A stretch of DNA of 64,000 nt from Kiloniellaceae bacterium (GTDB lineage: Bacteria > Pseudomonadota > Alphaproteobacteria > Kiloniellales > J153): the NCBI GenBank assembly GCA_021776115.1, contig JAJFGN010000042.1:15000-78999 (forward strand), given 5' to 3'. Position numbers and translations under genes: made by a program. Below, piece after piece: positions 11,590-20,886 of this stretch (the first letter of the stretch is position 1; every line of letters begins with the position of its first letter). The notes below the pieces were generated by a model, which was not told the DNA's origin, did not search any database, and worked only from the letters and a program-made list of their open reading frames with translations.

Positions 11590-12804
11590 TCAGGTATTGG
11601 TCGCGGCGCGGCGAACCGCCAATAGACCGATCGCGACCAATATCAGGGCTATGGGTATGGCCAGGGCGCCGTTCACGGTGATCCAGCCAAAGGCCGAATA
11701 CAGCGATCCCGAAAGAAAACTGGCGGCGGCGACGGTGCCGAAGACCGTGAAGTCGTTCAGCGCTTGGACCCTGGCGCGTTCCTCGGGCCGATGGGTTCCC
11801 GCCAACAAGGTGGTGCCGCCAATGAACATGAAATTCCAGCCGATGCCGATGGCCACAAGTCCGACCCAGAAATTCTCCAGCCCCGTGCCGGAGATGTTGG
11901 CGGCCATGGTCACGGCACTGAGCACCGCCCCGGCACAGATAATCCGTAGAACGCCGAAGCGGTTGATCAGATGGCCGGTGATGAAACTGGGCGCGAACAT
12001 GGCGAGCACGTGCCACTGAACGATGAAGGCGGCGTCGCCGAAGCCGAATCCCTGGCCGATGACGGCCAAGGGCGTCGAGGTCATCACCAGGATCATCGAC
12101 CCGTTCCCCAGCGCCGCCGACATGACCGCGACGACGAACACCGGCTGCCGGGTAATAGCGGCGAGGGGCCGGCCTTTGTTCCGATTTTCTTTCGCCACCG
12201 GTTTTTCGAAGCGTGCCAATTGAAGCACCAGGATGGCCGTCAAACCCAATCCGGCCACGGCGGCGTAGCTTCCGGCGAAAAGCACTGGCGACAAAAGTTC
12301 GCGGGTCTGAACGGCCAGCCAGGGCCCGGCCACGGCGGCAACAATGCCGCCCGCCAAGACATAGGAGATCGCCCGCGCCCGGTGCCGCGCGCCCACGGAT
12401 TCCGTCGCCGCGAAGCGTAGTTGTTGCCAAAATGCATTGTGGACGCCAATGCCCAGGCTGGCGGCGGCGAACAACCAGAACTGCCCGTGAAGAATACTGT
12501 AAACGGCCACAAAGGCGGAGGCCGCGCCAATGGCCTGACCGGCAGAATAGCCGATGCGCCGCCCGAACCGCCCCATCGACAAGGCCGCCGGGATCGTCGC
12601 CACCGTGGTGCCGACAAACTGAAGCGCCATGGGCAAGGTGGCCAGGGCCGGATTGTCGGCCAAGTACAACCCGGTCAGCGCGGTCACGGTCGTCACCATG
12701 ACCGCGCCCGATTGCGACAGCGCCTGAGTGAGGCTAAGAACGAAGATGGTCGCCCATCCGCGCCGGCCGCCTTCGGGGGGTATGGTTTTCATAGGTATCT
12801 GCAT
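11590..12804 (-). CDS. MFS transporter
   Basis: 404 aa with about 12 hydrophobic segments. It contains an MFS-like loop motif (MGRFGRRIGY) between the early helices. Confidence 0.85.
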   Translation of the reverse strand: MQIPMKTIPPEGGRRGWATIFVLSLTQALSQSGAVMVTTVTALTGLYLADNPALATLPMALQFVGTTVATIPAALSMGRFGRRIGYSAGQAIGAASAFVAVYSILHGQFWLFAAASLGIGVHNAFWQQLRFAATESVGARHRARAISYVLAGGIVAAVAGPWLAVQTRELLSPVLFAGSYAAVAGLGLTAILVLQLARFEKPVAKENRNKGRPLAAITRQPVFVVAVMSAALGNGSMILVMTSTPLAVIGQGFGFGDAAFIVQWHVLAMFAPSFITGHLINRFGVLRIICAGAVLSAVTMAANISGTGLENFWVGLVAIGIGWNFMFIGGTTLLAGTHRPEERARVQALNDFTVFGTVAAASFLSGSLYSAFGWITVNGALAIPIALILVAIGLLAVRRAATNT

Positions 12805-13112
12805 TCGTTAAGTCTGCGATTGCCAAACGATTGGCACATTGTGGATAGGTGAGATCCGTCCGTTAGGAAACATCTCTCTGGCTTCGCGGGGCCATGGAGA
12901 TCGGCCATCTTGTGTTCAGCATTGCCGACGAGCGGAATATGCGCCGTTCTCCAGCTAAAGGCTTGCAGGAGCTCTGCAGAATTCCTGAATTTATCGTGGA
13001 TTCCGGGCAATATACGATCAGCAGAGGTGAGAGCGCCGGGAAACGCCCGATGAGGTCATGCCACCCTCGCTCAAGTCAAGTACCCAGCCCAGCCCAAGCA
13101 ACGGATCAGGAT

Positions 13113-14183
13113 CTAGGAAAGCAGGGTGCGTTCGATCAGCCAATAGACGCCGAGCAAGGCGATCGACGTCGAGAGGCCGTAGACGAGAGCCGGCCTTCTA
13201 GCCGCTCCGGATCCGGCGGACGTCATCCGGCCGAGCAGAAGCAGCACCTGAAGCATGATGGCGACCACCGCCACCTGACCGATCTCGACACCGATATTGA
13301 ACGAGGCCAGAGCGATGAGCAGCGCGTCGCGCGGCAGGCCATAGGCGGTCAACGCGCTGGCGAAACCGAAGCCGTGGACCAGGCCGAGGACGAAGGCCGT
13401 CTTCCAGCGCCGTTCGATATCTCTATTGAAAAAGTTCTCGGCCGCGGCGGCGATGATGGTCGCCGCGATCAGGGGTTCCACCAAGCTCGCCGGCAGGGTA
13501 ACGATATCGAGTGCCGCAAGCGAGAGGGTCACCGTGTGCGCGAGAGTGAAGGCGGTGACCACCTTGACCACGGACCAAACGCGGCGGGCCCAGAGCAGGA
13601 GGGCAAGCAGGAACGCGAGATGATCAAAGCCGATGAAGATGTGCTCGGCACCGGAAACGACATAGCGGGTGAAGACCTCGAATCGCGGCACAGGCTGGCC
13701 GAGTTCAAGGGTGTTGTTGCCTTGGTTGAGGGCCACCGGTGTGGCGTCGTCGCCCGCGACCAGGAGGACGTTCTGTATGGTGCCGGGCCGGGTCCGATGC
13801 AGAAGCCGGGTGCGGTAGACGAGCCCCGCGGTGGTGGCGCCACAGGGCGACCGCAAAATTACGAGAACACCATCGGCGGCCGCGGCGATACCGTCGAGGG
13901 TCAGTGGGCAAGAATCGCGGGCCGACTCGATCGCCGTCACCGCGCGCAGATGGTCACCGATCGCCGGGCTCGCTCTGTCCAGCCGTTCAGGGTCGACCAG
14001 GCCATCGGCGCCGAGCAAGTCAAGCCCGGCCGCCAAGGCGAGATCGGCGCCCTTGACCGAGATCTCAACGGTCGTCTGCTCGGCGTCGACGACAATGGTG
14101 GCCACGGTCATTCCGGGATCGTGAGCCTGCGCCGCCCCGGCCATGCCGAGCAGCAGCAAGATCCAAAGAACACGCCTAATCAT
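13113..14183 (-). CDS. HupE/UreJ-family (type 2) membrane protein with periplasmic N-terminal domain
   Basis: Signal peptide MIRRVLWILLLLGMAGAAQAHDPG, then a ~170-aa soluble domain and a membrane domain with HIFIGFDHLAFLLALLL and FNIGVEIGQ motifs typical of HupE/UreJ_2. The start is taken at ATG 14183, overlapping the upstream gene's stop. Confidence 0.7.
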   Translation of the reverse strand: MIRRVLWILLLLGMAGAAQAHDPGMTVATIVVDAEQTTVEISVKGADLALAAGLDLLGADGLVDPERLDRASPAIGDHLRAVTAIESARDSCPLTLDGIAAAADGVLVILRSPCGATTAGLVYRTRLLHRTRPGTIQNVLLVAGDDATPVALNQGNNTLELGQPVPRFEVFTRYVVSGAEHIFIGFDHLAFLLALLLWARRVWSVVKVVTAFTLAHTVTLSLAALDIVTLPASLVEPLIAATIIAAAAENFFNRDIERRWKTAFVLGLVHGFGFASALTAYGLPRDALLIALASFNIGVEIGQVAVVAIMLQVLLLLGRMTSAGSGAARRPALVYGLSTSIALLGVYWLIERTLLS

Positions 14184-14721
14184 CAATGGGTTCGGGGCGC
14201 CCTTGCAGGAAATCGACGCTGCCGGGATGCCACGGCACGCCGTGGTCAATCGCGATATCGGGGGCGACCGCCAGATCGGTGCCGGCCAGTGCCCCGGTCA
14301 GCAGCCAGGCATAGCGAGGCGGGAAGTCGGCCTGCGCGACCAGGACGCGGTCGTCGGTTGGTATCAAAACGCGCAGTGCCGTCTGGCCATGGGGCGCGAA
14401 AGCATCGAGTCCCTTCGACATCGCCACGGCGTCCGCAGCGCCCAGAACCGCTACATCCAACTGCCCCGTGCCGAGCAGGCTGGCCAGCCGCCCGGCATCG
14501 GGCGCGCGGGCGATGCGCGCCTTCGCCGCCGGCAAATGCTCGGCCAACAGCGCCACGATCTGCTTGGCCAGATCGTAGGTGCGGGGGTCGGCCTTATGAC
14601 ACCCGATTAACAGATGCTTGCGGCGATAGACCACCCATTGTTGGTAGGGGGTATGGCCGCCGAGCAGCAGTCCTGCCGCGGCGGCCAACCCAGCCTTGAG
14701 GAGTCGCCTCCGCCCGATCAC
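14176..14721 (-). CDS. Tat-signal periplasmic protein, possibly solute-binding-like
   Basis: GTG start overlapping the stop of the formamidase gene. Twin-arginine motif GRRRLLKAGLAAAAGLLL. The remainder is weakly reminiscent of TAXI/PhnD-type binding proteins, without a confident family call. Confidence 0.55.
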   Translation of the reverse strand: MIGRRRLLKAGLAAAAGLLLGGHTPYQQWVVYRRKHLLIGCHKADPRTYDLAKQIVALLAEHLPAAKARIARAPDAGRLASLLGTGQLDVAVLGAADAVAMSKGLDAFAPHGQTALRVLIPTDDRVLVAQADFPPRYAWLLTGALAGTDLAVAPDIAIDHGVPWHPGSVDFLQGRPEPIDD

Positions 14722-15974
14722 TCGTCGAACACGTCCTCTTTGAGCACGGCGGTGACGATATAGTTGGGCACGTCAACCACCTGGCCGACGCGCAGATCAA
14801 CCGCGACGCTGGCCAGGATGTAAGCCTGTTCGGCGCTGAGGCCATGCTTACGCTGGATGTAGTCGATCATCTTGATCAACGCATCGCGCGCCGCCAGCGT
14901 CAGATCCTCCGACAGGTTGCTCAGATCGGTGATCTTCTTGCTTTCCAGATAGGTGTATTGCGTCGGCACCTCGCCCGATTGCTTCAGGGGTAGGCCGATC
15001 GTCTGGTAGAACTTGGTGGGCTCCATGTTCCTGATCTGCGGGCCACCCTCGACCTCCGGGCCCTTGATGAACGCGGCCTGACCCTTGCGGATTTCGGTCT
15101 TCACGGTCACCACCGCGCCCATCTCAATGGCGGTGCCCGAAACCTCGCCGTCGCCCTGCGCATAGTGCACATCGCCAACGAAAAGGCCGCAGCCGTCGAT
15201 GAAGCAAGGCAGCAGCAGGGTGGTGCCGATCTGCATCTGCTGCACGTCCATGTTGCCGCCGTTTTCGCGCGGCGGAATGGTCCTCAGGCACTCGGTCTTG
15301 TTCGACCCCTCGGGGCCGCAGACCGCGGTGGGAAGGGCGCCCGTGGGCTGTGGCGGCAGAGCGACGCCACCGGCCGAGCCTAGCGCTGTTTCGCGCGCTA
15401 GCCAGCTCTTGACCTCAGGGTCGCCGGGAAGCACGCCGACCGACCCCATGAAGGCCTCGTAGGGCACCTTGACGCCGGGCATCTGGTCGGAGACCGCATG
15501 CGTGCGCGACAGCTTCCAGTTGACCAAGAAGGGCTCGGTATATATGTCGCGCAGGAAGCCGAAGCCCGGCACAATTACCGTATAGCCATATTCGTCGGGC
15601 ACGATATCGACGAGGGTAATGGCGAGAACATCGCCGCGCTTCGCGCCCTCGATGTAAACCGGTCCGGTCATCGGGTGAACCAGGTTCAGATCGATCGCCG
15701 CCAAATCGTCGGCGTTGGAATCGAGGGTGAGATCGGAATCCAACGCGTCGCGCGTTTGGAATACGATCATTTGGCCGGGCTCGGCTCGCGAGACCGGCGG
15801 AATCGCCGGGTGATAGCGATTGAAGCAGTTCGGATCGTCGACGCAGTGTTTGCCCATCTTGGCGATGGTCACTATGTCCTGCCACTTAACCTCGGTCGTA
15901 TCGGCAAGTGAGACGGTCGCGGTGCCCATAAGAAAACCGGTTACCAGAACTAATAGCTGGCCAATTTTACCCAT
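14718..15974 (-). CDS. Acetamidase/formamidase-family amidohydrolase with signal peptide
   Basis: Family blocks HPMTGPVYIEGAKRGDVLAI, ENGGNMD and FVGDVHYAQGDGEVSGTAIEM. The start at ATG 15974 is preceded by AAGGGAGGG and gives MGKIGQLLVLVTGFLMGTATVSLA, a Sec-type signal. Confidence 0.85.
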   Translation of the reverse strand: MGKIGQLLVLVTGFLMGTATVSLADTTEVKWQDIVTIAKMGKHCVDDPNCFNRYHPAIPPVSRAEPGQMIVFQTRDALDSDLTLDSNADDLAAIDLNLVHPMTGPVYIEGAKRGDVLAITLVDIVPDEYGYTVIVPGFGFLRDIYTEPFLVNWKLSRTHAVSDQMPGVKVPYEAFMGSVGVLPGDPEVKSWLARETALGSAGGVALPPQPTGALPTAVCGPEGSNKTECLRTIPPRENGGNMDVQQMQIGTTLLLPCFIDGCGLFVGDVHYAQGDGEVSGTAIEMGAVVTVKTEIRKGQAAFIKGPEVEGGPQIRNMEPTKFYQTIGLPLKQSGEVPTQYTYLESKKITDLSNLSEDLTLAARDALIKMIDYIQRKHGLSAEQAYILASVAVDLRVGQVVDVPNYIVTAVLKEDVFDE

Positions 15975-16159
15975 CGTATACCCTCCCTTGGATCGGCGAT
16001 TTGCTCCACAAGTATTTATAAATTCAGCGTAAAGAGATTGTATTTTTTGAGCAAGCCGCATTGGTTCGAGAGTTCACGAGCTCGGTGAACCCACCCAGCG
16101 CGATACGCTCGCATAGTCGCGACCTAGGCGGGCTGCGGCCTGTTGCCGGGGTCGGTGCG

Positions 16160-16918
16160 ATGACGCATGCTTCCACTCATGTCCCCTGCGAGAGCGACCC
16201 CGTGAAATTAAGTTCGAGTGCTCTGATTGTCGTGGCCGTGGTTGTTCAGGCGCTGACCGGGCCGGCCCTGGCCCTGGAGGTCGATCTCGAGCTGGTCTTG
16301 GCGGTCGATGTTTCGGCGAGCATCGACGCGCAGGAAGCGCGGCAGCAGCGCGACGGCTATATCTTCGCGCTATCGCAGCCGGAGGTGATCGCGGCGATCC
16401 AATCGGGACCGAGAGGCCGGATCGCGGTTAGCTACCTCGAATGGGCCGGTGCGTTGTACCAGCGTGTCGTCGCCGGTTGGGCCGTTGTCGACGACGCGGC
16501 GAGCGCCAAGCGCTTCGCCGAGACCCTGGCGCGCGCGCCCATCGGCAGCGCGCCCGGCACCTCGATCAGCGCGGCGATCGATTTCGCGCGCCGGGAATTC
16601 AGCCGCAACGGCCATGAGGGCGCCCGTGCGGTGATCGATATCTCCGGCGACGGCCCGAACAGCGACGGCCGCGCGGTCGAGGCGGCGCGAGACGACGCGG
16701 TCCTGTCGGGACTCACGATCAACGGCCTGCCCCTGCTGAGCTTTCGGCCCAATCCGGGCGGCGGCGCCCCGGCCACCGGGGTCTATCGTCATTACGCCCG
16801 CAAGGTGATCGGCGGCCCAGGGGCCTTCGTCATGCCGGCGGTCACCTTCGAGGACTTGGCCGCGGCGCTGGTCGAAAAGCTAGCCCGCGAAATCCGTGGC
16901 GACGTGCCGCTGTCTTAG
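16160..16918 (+). CDS. DUF1194-type (vWA-like) secreted protein
   Basis: LELVLAVDVSASIDAQEARQQRDGYIFALSQPEVIAAIQSGPRGRIAVSYLEWAG matches my recollection of DUF1194. An alternative GTG start at 16202 gives a cleaner signal peptide (VKLSSSALIVVAVVVQALTGPALA). Confidence 0.7.
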   Translation: MTHASTHVPCESDPVKLSSSALIVVAVVVQALTGPALALEVDLELVLAVDVSASIDAQEARQQRDGYIFALSQPEVIAAIQSGPRGRIAVSYLEWAGALYQRVVAGWAVVDDAASAKRFAETLARAPIGSAPGTSISAAIDFARREFSRNGHEGARAVIDISGDGPNSDGRAVEAARDDAVLSGLTINGLPLLSFRPNPGGGAPATGVYRHYARKVIGGPGAFVMPAVTFEDLAAALVEKLAREIRGDVPLS

Positions 16919-17029
16919 GACCGGATGCGTTAATCGGTGTTTAATACCAAGGAGCGTTAACCCTTCCCCAAGAGAGTCCGGGCAGAATCCTTTACAATTT
17001 GGGCGCGTATTTGCCAGGAGGTTGGCCGC

Positions 17030-18160
17030 ATGGCCATCCGGGACAGCTATCTATTTCCGACGTTGGAGACCGGATCGTCCCGGGTGTTCAACGTCTGTTC
17101 GCGCAGTGCCGAACTGAGTCGGTTAATCGCCAACAGCGCCGAGGAGGCGGAGCCGGGCTTCCTGTTCCACTCGCGCGAGCTCAATAACGTGATCCTGGTC
17201 AAGGAGGCGCGGCCGAGCCGCAAGAGCTCGCGCTACCACTTCGACCATTCGATCGGAACGAAGCTCTACTTTCCGTATAACTGCGCTCGAATTTACGATG
17301 GCGGCAAGTCCGCTTTCATCGACGACCCGCAGATCCGGCGCATGCTCAAACACCACGCTGGGCTCGATTTCGACGAAAAAAGCGAGGACGCCGACCGGGA
17401 CCTGAGCCTGATCCGTCTGCTAGAGGAGCTTCCGTCGCTCGACCCCTTCCTGGTCAAGGACAAGCTGGACATCGAGGGAATTCACGCCCATGAGATCTAC
17501 TTCCAGATCTCGGACACCGAGTGGAAGGCCATTCAGGCGCACGTTTCCGAGAAGCTGAAACCGATCATCGCATTCGCGTTCCCGGACTCGGAAGATCTGC
17601 AGAAGGGACGGACGCTCTTTCTCATGAAGAAGCTTTGGAACACGAAGGATATCGATACCCTGATGCCGATCATGGACGCGTTCGATCTGCCGCGCGAGGA
17701 GGCGAGCAAGATCTTCTCCGCCTGGAAAGGCATCATGTACTACGACTTCGAATATAATCGGTGCCTTCCGAGTTGGAGGCAGAACATCGAGTGGATGGGG
17801 CAGGACGCCGTGCCGACGGATTTCGTGGACCCGGAGCGGCGCGCCCTGCTGCGGGAGCTGACGGACTCGGTCCGCGGTCAATACAAGGAGTTCTGGCACG
17901 AACTACGGGATATCTTCTCGTCGTACGAGGACGCCTACGAGAAGTTATTCGTGCTCAGGCAGGAACCTGGCCCGTTCGTCGAGTTCATGCGCACCGCGGT
18001 CAAGACCTACTGGATCCTGGGATCGCGGATGAGTGCCATCAATCATAGCGCGATCGTCTGGGACATTTTGACCTCCGGCACCTTCAAGCGGCGTCTCAAT
18101 TACGACCAGCTTTACAATCTCTTAGAAATGCAGCACGAAATATTCGATAGCTGCCGTTGA
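17030..18160 (+). CDS. Hypothetical cytoplasmic protein (376 aa), no family recognised
   Basis: Long ORF with host-like GC3-rich codon usage and no competing ORF. No signal peptide, TM segment or motif that I can name. Confidence 0.6.
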   Translation: MAIRDSYLFPTLETGSSRVFNVCSRSAELSRLIANSAEEAEPGFLFHSRELNNVILVKEARPSRKSSRYHFDHSIGTKLYFPYNCARIYDGGKSAFIDDPQIRRMLKHHAGLDFDEKSEDADRDLSLIRLLEELPSLDPFLVKDKLDIEGIHAHEIYFQISDTEWKAIQAHVSEKLKPIIAFAFPDSEDLQKGRTLFLMKKLWNTKDIDTLMPIMDAFDLPREEASKIFSAWKGIMYYDFEYNRCLPSWRQNIEWMGQDAVPTDFVDPERRALLRELTDSVRGQYKEFWHELRDIFSSYEDAYEKLFVLRQEPGPFVEFMRTAVKTYWILGSRMSAINHSAIVWDILTSGTFKRRLNYDQLYNLLEMQHEIFDSCR

Positions 18161-18238
18161 GCCCGGCGGCCGGGATCCTGAAACCGGACGAAATAAATCC
18201 TAATTTCTGACCTTGAGTGGGTATGGTGTCCGAACAAT

Positions 18239-18451
18239 CGAGGGATGAGCCATGCCCAAACCGGCCCGTATAGAAGACCTGAAACTTACGCCGTACTGGT
18301 GGGAGTCGGCACCGCCCGCCGTGACCGATCCTGCCGATATCCCCGGGACTGCGGATGTCGGGATCGTCGGGGCCGGGTTCGCCGGTATGACCGCGGCCCT
18401 CACCCTGGCCCGCGCGGGACGACGTGTCGTGGTCTTCGATGCCATGCGGGC
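18239..18451 (+). repeat. Direct repeat copy A (213 bp, about 7 mismatches to copy B)
   Basis: By eye it aligns base for base with 19391-19603 at an offset of 1152 bp. It covers the RBS, the start codon and the first ~66 codons of the FAD oxidoreductase. Confidence 0.9.
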
Positions 18452-18497
18452 TGCGGGCGGGCTCGAATGTTCATCCGAACGGGAGGATGCGCCCTAA
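18252..18497 (+). pseudogene. Truncated duplicate of the 5' end of the FAD-dependent oxidoreductase gene
   Basis: MPKPARIEDLKLTPYWWESAPPAVTDPADIPGTADVGIVGAGFAGMTAALTLARAGRRVVVFDAMRA is near-identical to residues 1-67 of ORF 19404..20717. It then diverges and stops. Confidence 0.75.
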
Positions 18498-18596
18498 GCG
18501 GGCATGCGTTCTGGGCGCGTCCGATGCACACTTGCTGAAAGCAGTGAGGAATCGACGAACCCTCCAGCGGCCAAGGTTCGTGTCGAACCTCTAAAA

Positions 18597-18960
18597 TCAA
18601 TAACACGGCGGTTGTATGGCGACGGGTTGCGAATCGTACACCGCATTGCTTGTTAGTTGCGTCAGGTCGGTTCCGTCAAATTTGATAGAGAAGATCTCGC
18701 GCTGGTTGGCAGCACTAGACGTCGTCTCGGCCGCGACGTACAAACGCCTATCGTCGTATGAGAACGCGATGGCGGAAATTGACCCAGCTTGTCGCGGCTA
18801 ACCAGACGCTCCCTTGATCTGCCGGCGAGAACTGTGTGTACCCGATCACCAACTGACTGGGCGCCCAGCGCAGCCACGTCTTCCTTCCGGGTCCGGTGGA
18901 CAGCAGTACGTGGGAGTTGCCGCCGGGCCGGCGAGCTTGACCTGTGTCAATGCACGGGTC
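18597..18960 (-). pseudogene. Frameshifted relic of a PD40/TolB-like beta-propeller gene (3' part)
   Basis: Own minus-strand translation: one frame gives ISAIAFSYDDRRLYVAAETTSSAANQREIFSIKFDGTDLTQLTSNAVYDSQPVAIQPPCY-stop (stop at 18597-18599). Upstream, a different frame gives ...WAPSQLVIGYTQFSPADQGSVWLA. This is propeller-blade-like sequence broken by a frameshift near 18770. More decayed sequence may extend to about 19270. Confidence 0.4.
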
Positions 18961-19390
18961 CTCCGGCTTCTTTAAAATCTCAAAAGAACCTTGAGAAGGT
19001 ACACCGCGATGGAGAACAACCCTGGATTGCTGGAGGACGTCGAAAGGTCAATTCGCTGTAAAGCGCAGAAACTTGTAGATTTCGTCACGCACGAGCTAAG
19101 CCAGTCCGAGAATCAGGCCAGAGAGCGAGCCCATCTTGCCACCTGTGGGGACAGGCCGTTCGCCGGCTGCAACCCCTGCCAGCCGGGCGGTGCCGATATT
19201 CCTCTTTCAGGCTCGGTGACCAACCCCGCCGCCGTCGCACGCCCGGACGCAAGCGGCCAAGGGAAACCCTGATCCGATCCTTCGACACTTGCGGCGAAAG
19301 GGCTTTATTTTCCCGGCGGGCACGCGCGCTCGTGCGAGTCACATGCCTTGCCTTCCATAACGGCCGGCGCGATCTTTCGCTTCCAACAGC

Positions 19391-19603
19391 CGAGGGATGA
19401 GCCATGCCCAAACCGCCCCGTATAGAAGACCTGAAACTTACGCCGTACTGGTGGGAGTCGGCGCCACCCGCCGTGACCGCTCCGGCCGATATCCCCGGGA
19501 CCGCGGATGTCGGGATCGTTGGGGCCGGGTTCGCCGGTATGACCGCGGCCCTCACCCTGGCCCGCGCGGGACGACGTGTCGTGGTCTTCGATGCCATGCG
19601 GGC
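19391..19603 (+). repeat. Direct repeat copy B (5' end of the intact FAD oxidoreductase gene)
   Basis: See copy A. Confidence 0.9.
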
Positions 19604-20717
19604 GGGCGAGGGGGCGAGCAGCCGTAACGGCGGTATTTGCAGCGGCAACATCAAATTCAGCTTCTCCGCCCTGATGGACAAGTTTGGGCTCGATCGGACC
19701 AAGGCCATCTTCGCCGAGGGAATCGCCGCCAGAACGGCGCTGATTAAACTGATCGAAGACGAGAACATCGACTGCGGTTTCAAGATGGTCGGACGCTTCG
19801 ACGGCGCCAATCATGCGCGCGATTACGACGCCATGGCCCACGAAACGGATCTCTTGAACAAGCATCTTGATTTCGGCGCTTATATGGTGCCGCGAAACCA
19901 ACAACGCGCGGAACTGGGCACGGACTTTTACCAGGGCGGGCGGGTTCGCCCCGATATCGGCGGCGTCCATCCGGCGGAACTGCATCGAGGCATTTACGAG
20001 CGCGCGCTCAGTGCCGGGGTTGCGGTCATCGACGAGACGGCCGTCACCGGCATCGACCGAACCCCGGATGGATTCACTCTCAGCACCGCGCGCGGGTCGG
20101 TTGAAGTTGGGGAGTGCATTGTCGCCACCAACGGCTACACGGATCAGGTGACGGACTGGCTCCGGCGCCGCATCATTCCCATTCCCAGCCAGATCATCGC
20201 CACCGATACACTCGATCCCGGCCTGATGGACCGGCTCATGCCCAAGCGCCGGATGGTGGGCGATACCCGCAATCTCTACAATTACTATCGGCCCTCGCCC
20301 GATGGCACGCGGATCGTATTCGGCGGACGACGCGGTGCGGATACCGACGACGACATGCGGAAATGCCTGCACCTGTATACTAATCTTCTGGAGATTTTTC
20401 CGGAGCTGGAGGGCGTCCGGCTAACCCATTCCTGGTGGGGATATACGGGCTATACCTTCGATTTTGTCCCGCATCTTGCCGTGCATGACGGCATTCACTA
20501 CGCCACTGGATTCTGCGGCTCCGGGGTCGTCTGGGCGCCATGGCTGGGGTGTAAGGCCGCCCACATGATTCTGGGCAACGGGGAGGAGGCGCAATCCCTG
20601 TTCGCGCAAACACCCTTCCCGACCCGTCCGTTTTACAACGGCAAGCCTTGGTTCCTTCCCACCGTCATTCGCTGGTACGCCCTGAAGGACCGCTTCGTGT
20701 ATGGGCGTAAGCATTGA
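19404..20717 (+). CDS. FAD-dependent oxidoreductase (DAO family)
   Basis: N-terminal Rossmann motif DVGIVGAGFAGMTAALTLARAG. 437 aa with DAO-like layout. Confidence 0.88.
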   Translation: MPKPPRIEDLKLTPYWWESAPPAVTAPADIPGTADVGIVGAGFAGMTAALTLARAGRRVVVFDAMRAGEGASSRNGGICSGNIKFSFSALMDKFGLDRTKAIFAEGIAARTALIKLIEDENIDCGFKMVGRFDGANHARDYDAMAHETDLLNKHLDFGAYMVPRNQQRAELGTDFYQGGRVRPDIGGVHPAELHRGIYERALSAGVAVIDETAVTGIDRTPDGFTLSTARGSVEVGECIVATNGYTDQVTDWLRRRIIPIPSQIIATDTLDPGLMDRLMPKRRMVGDTRNLYNYYRPSPDGTRIVFGGRRGADTDDDMRKCLHLYTNLLEIFPELEGVRLTHSWWGYTGYTFDFVPHLAVHDGIHYATGFCGSGVVWAPWLGCKAAHMILGNGEEAQSLFAQTPFPTRPFYNGKPWFLPTVIRWYALKDRFVYGRKH

Positions 20718-20886
20718 TGCGGTGGCGATAACCCGAGATCGAATTGGCCACGCAACAGGACGCGTTTACGCCGGAATTGACCGCTCTGAACCAATGCCTC
20801 GCCATTTCGGCTAAGCTGGAATAGCGTTAGGCGGGCTCTACTTATTCGCCGCCCGGCCCCACAAACCCCTTTGAGGGAGGATCGCC

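Noticed and set aside
12894-14699. 601-aa plus-strand ORF, the second-longest on the plus strand in the track.
   Set aside because: It is antisense to three well-supported minus-strand genes (HupE-like, Tat protein, and the start of the formamidase gene). Its translation is Arg/Gly/Pro/Asp-rich low-complexity sequence typical of shadow ORFs in high-GC DNA.
18616-19272. Plus-strand ORFs 18616-18801 and 18991-19272 inside the interval between the direct repeats.
   Set aside because: They have no RBS and no recognisable family. They are antisense to the frameshifted propeller-like relic, so they are more likely noise in decaying DNA.
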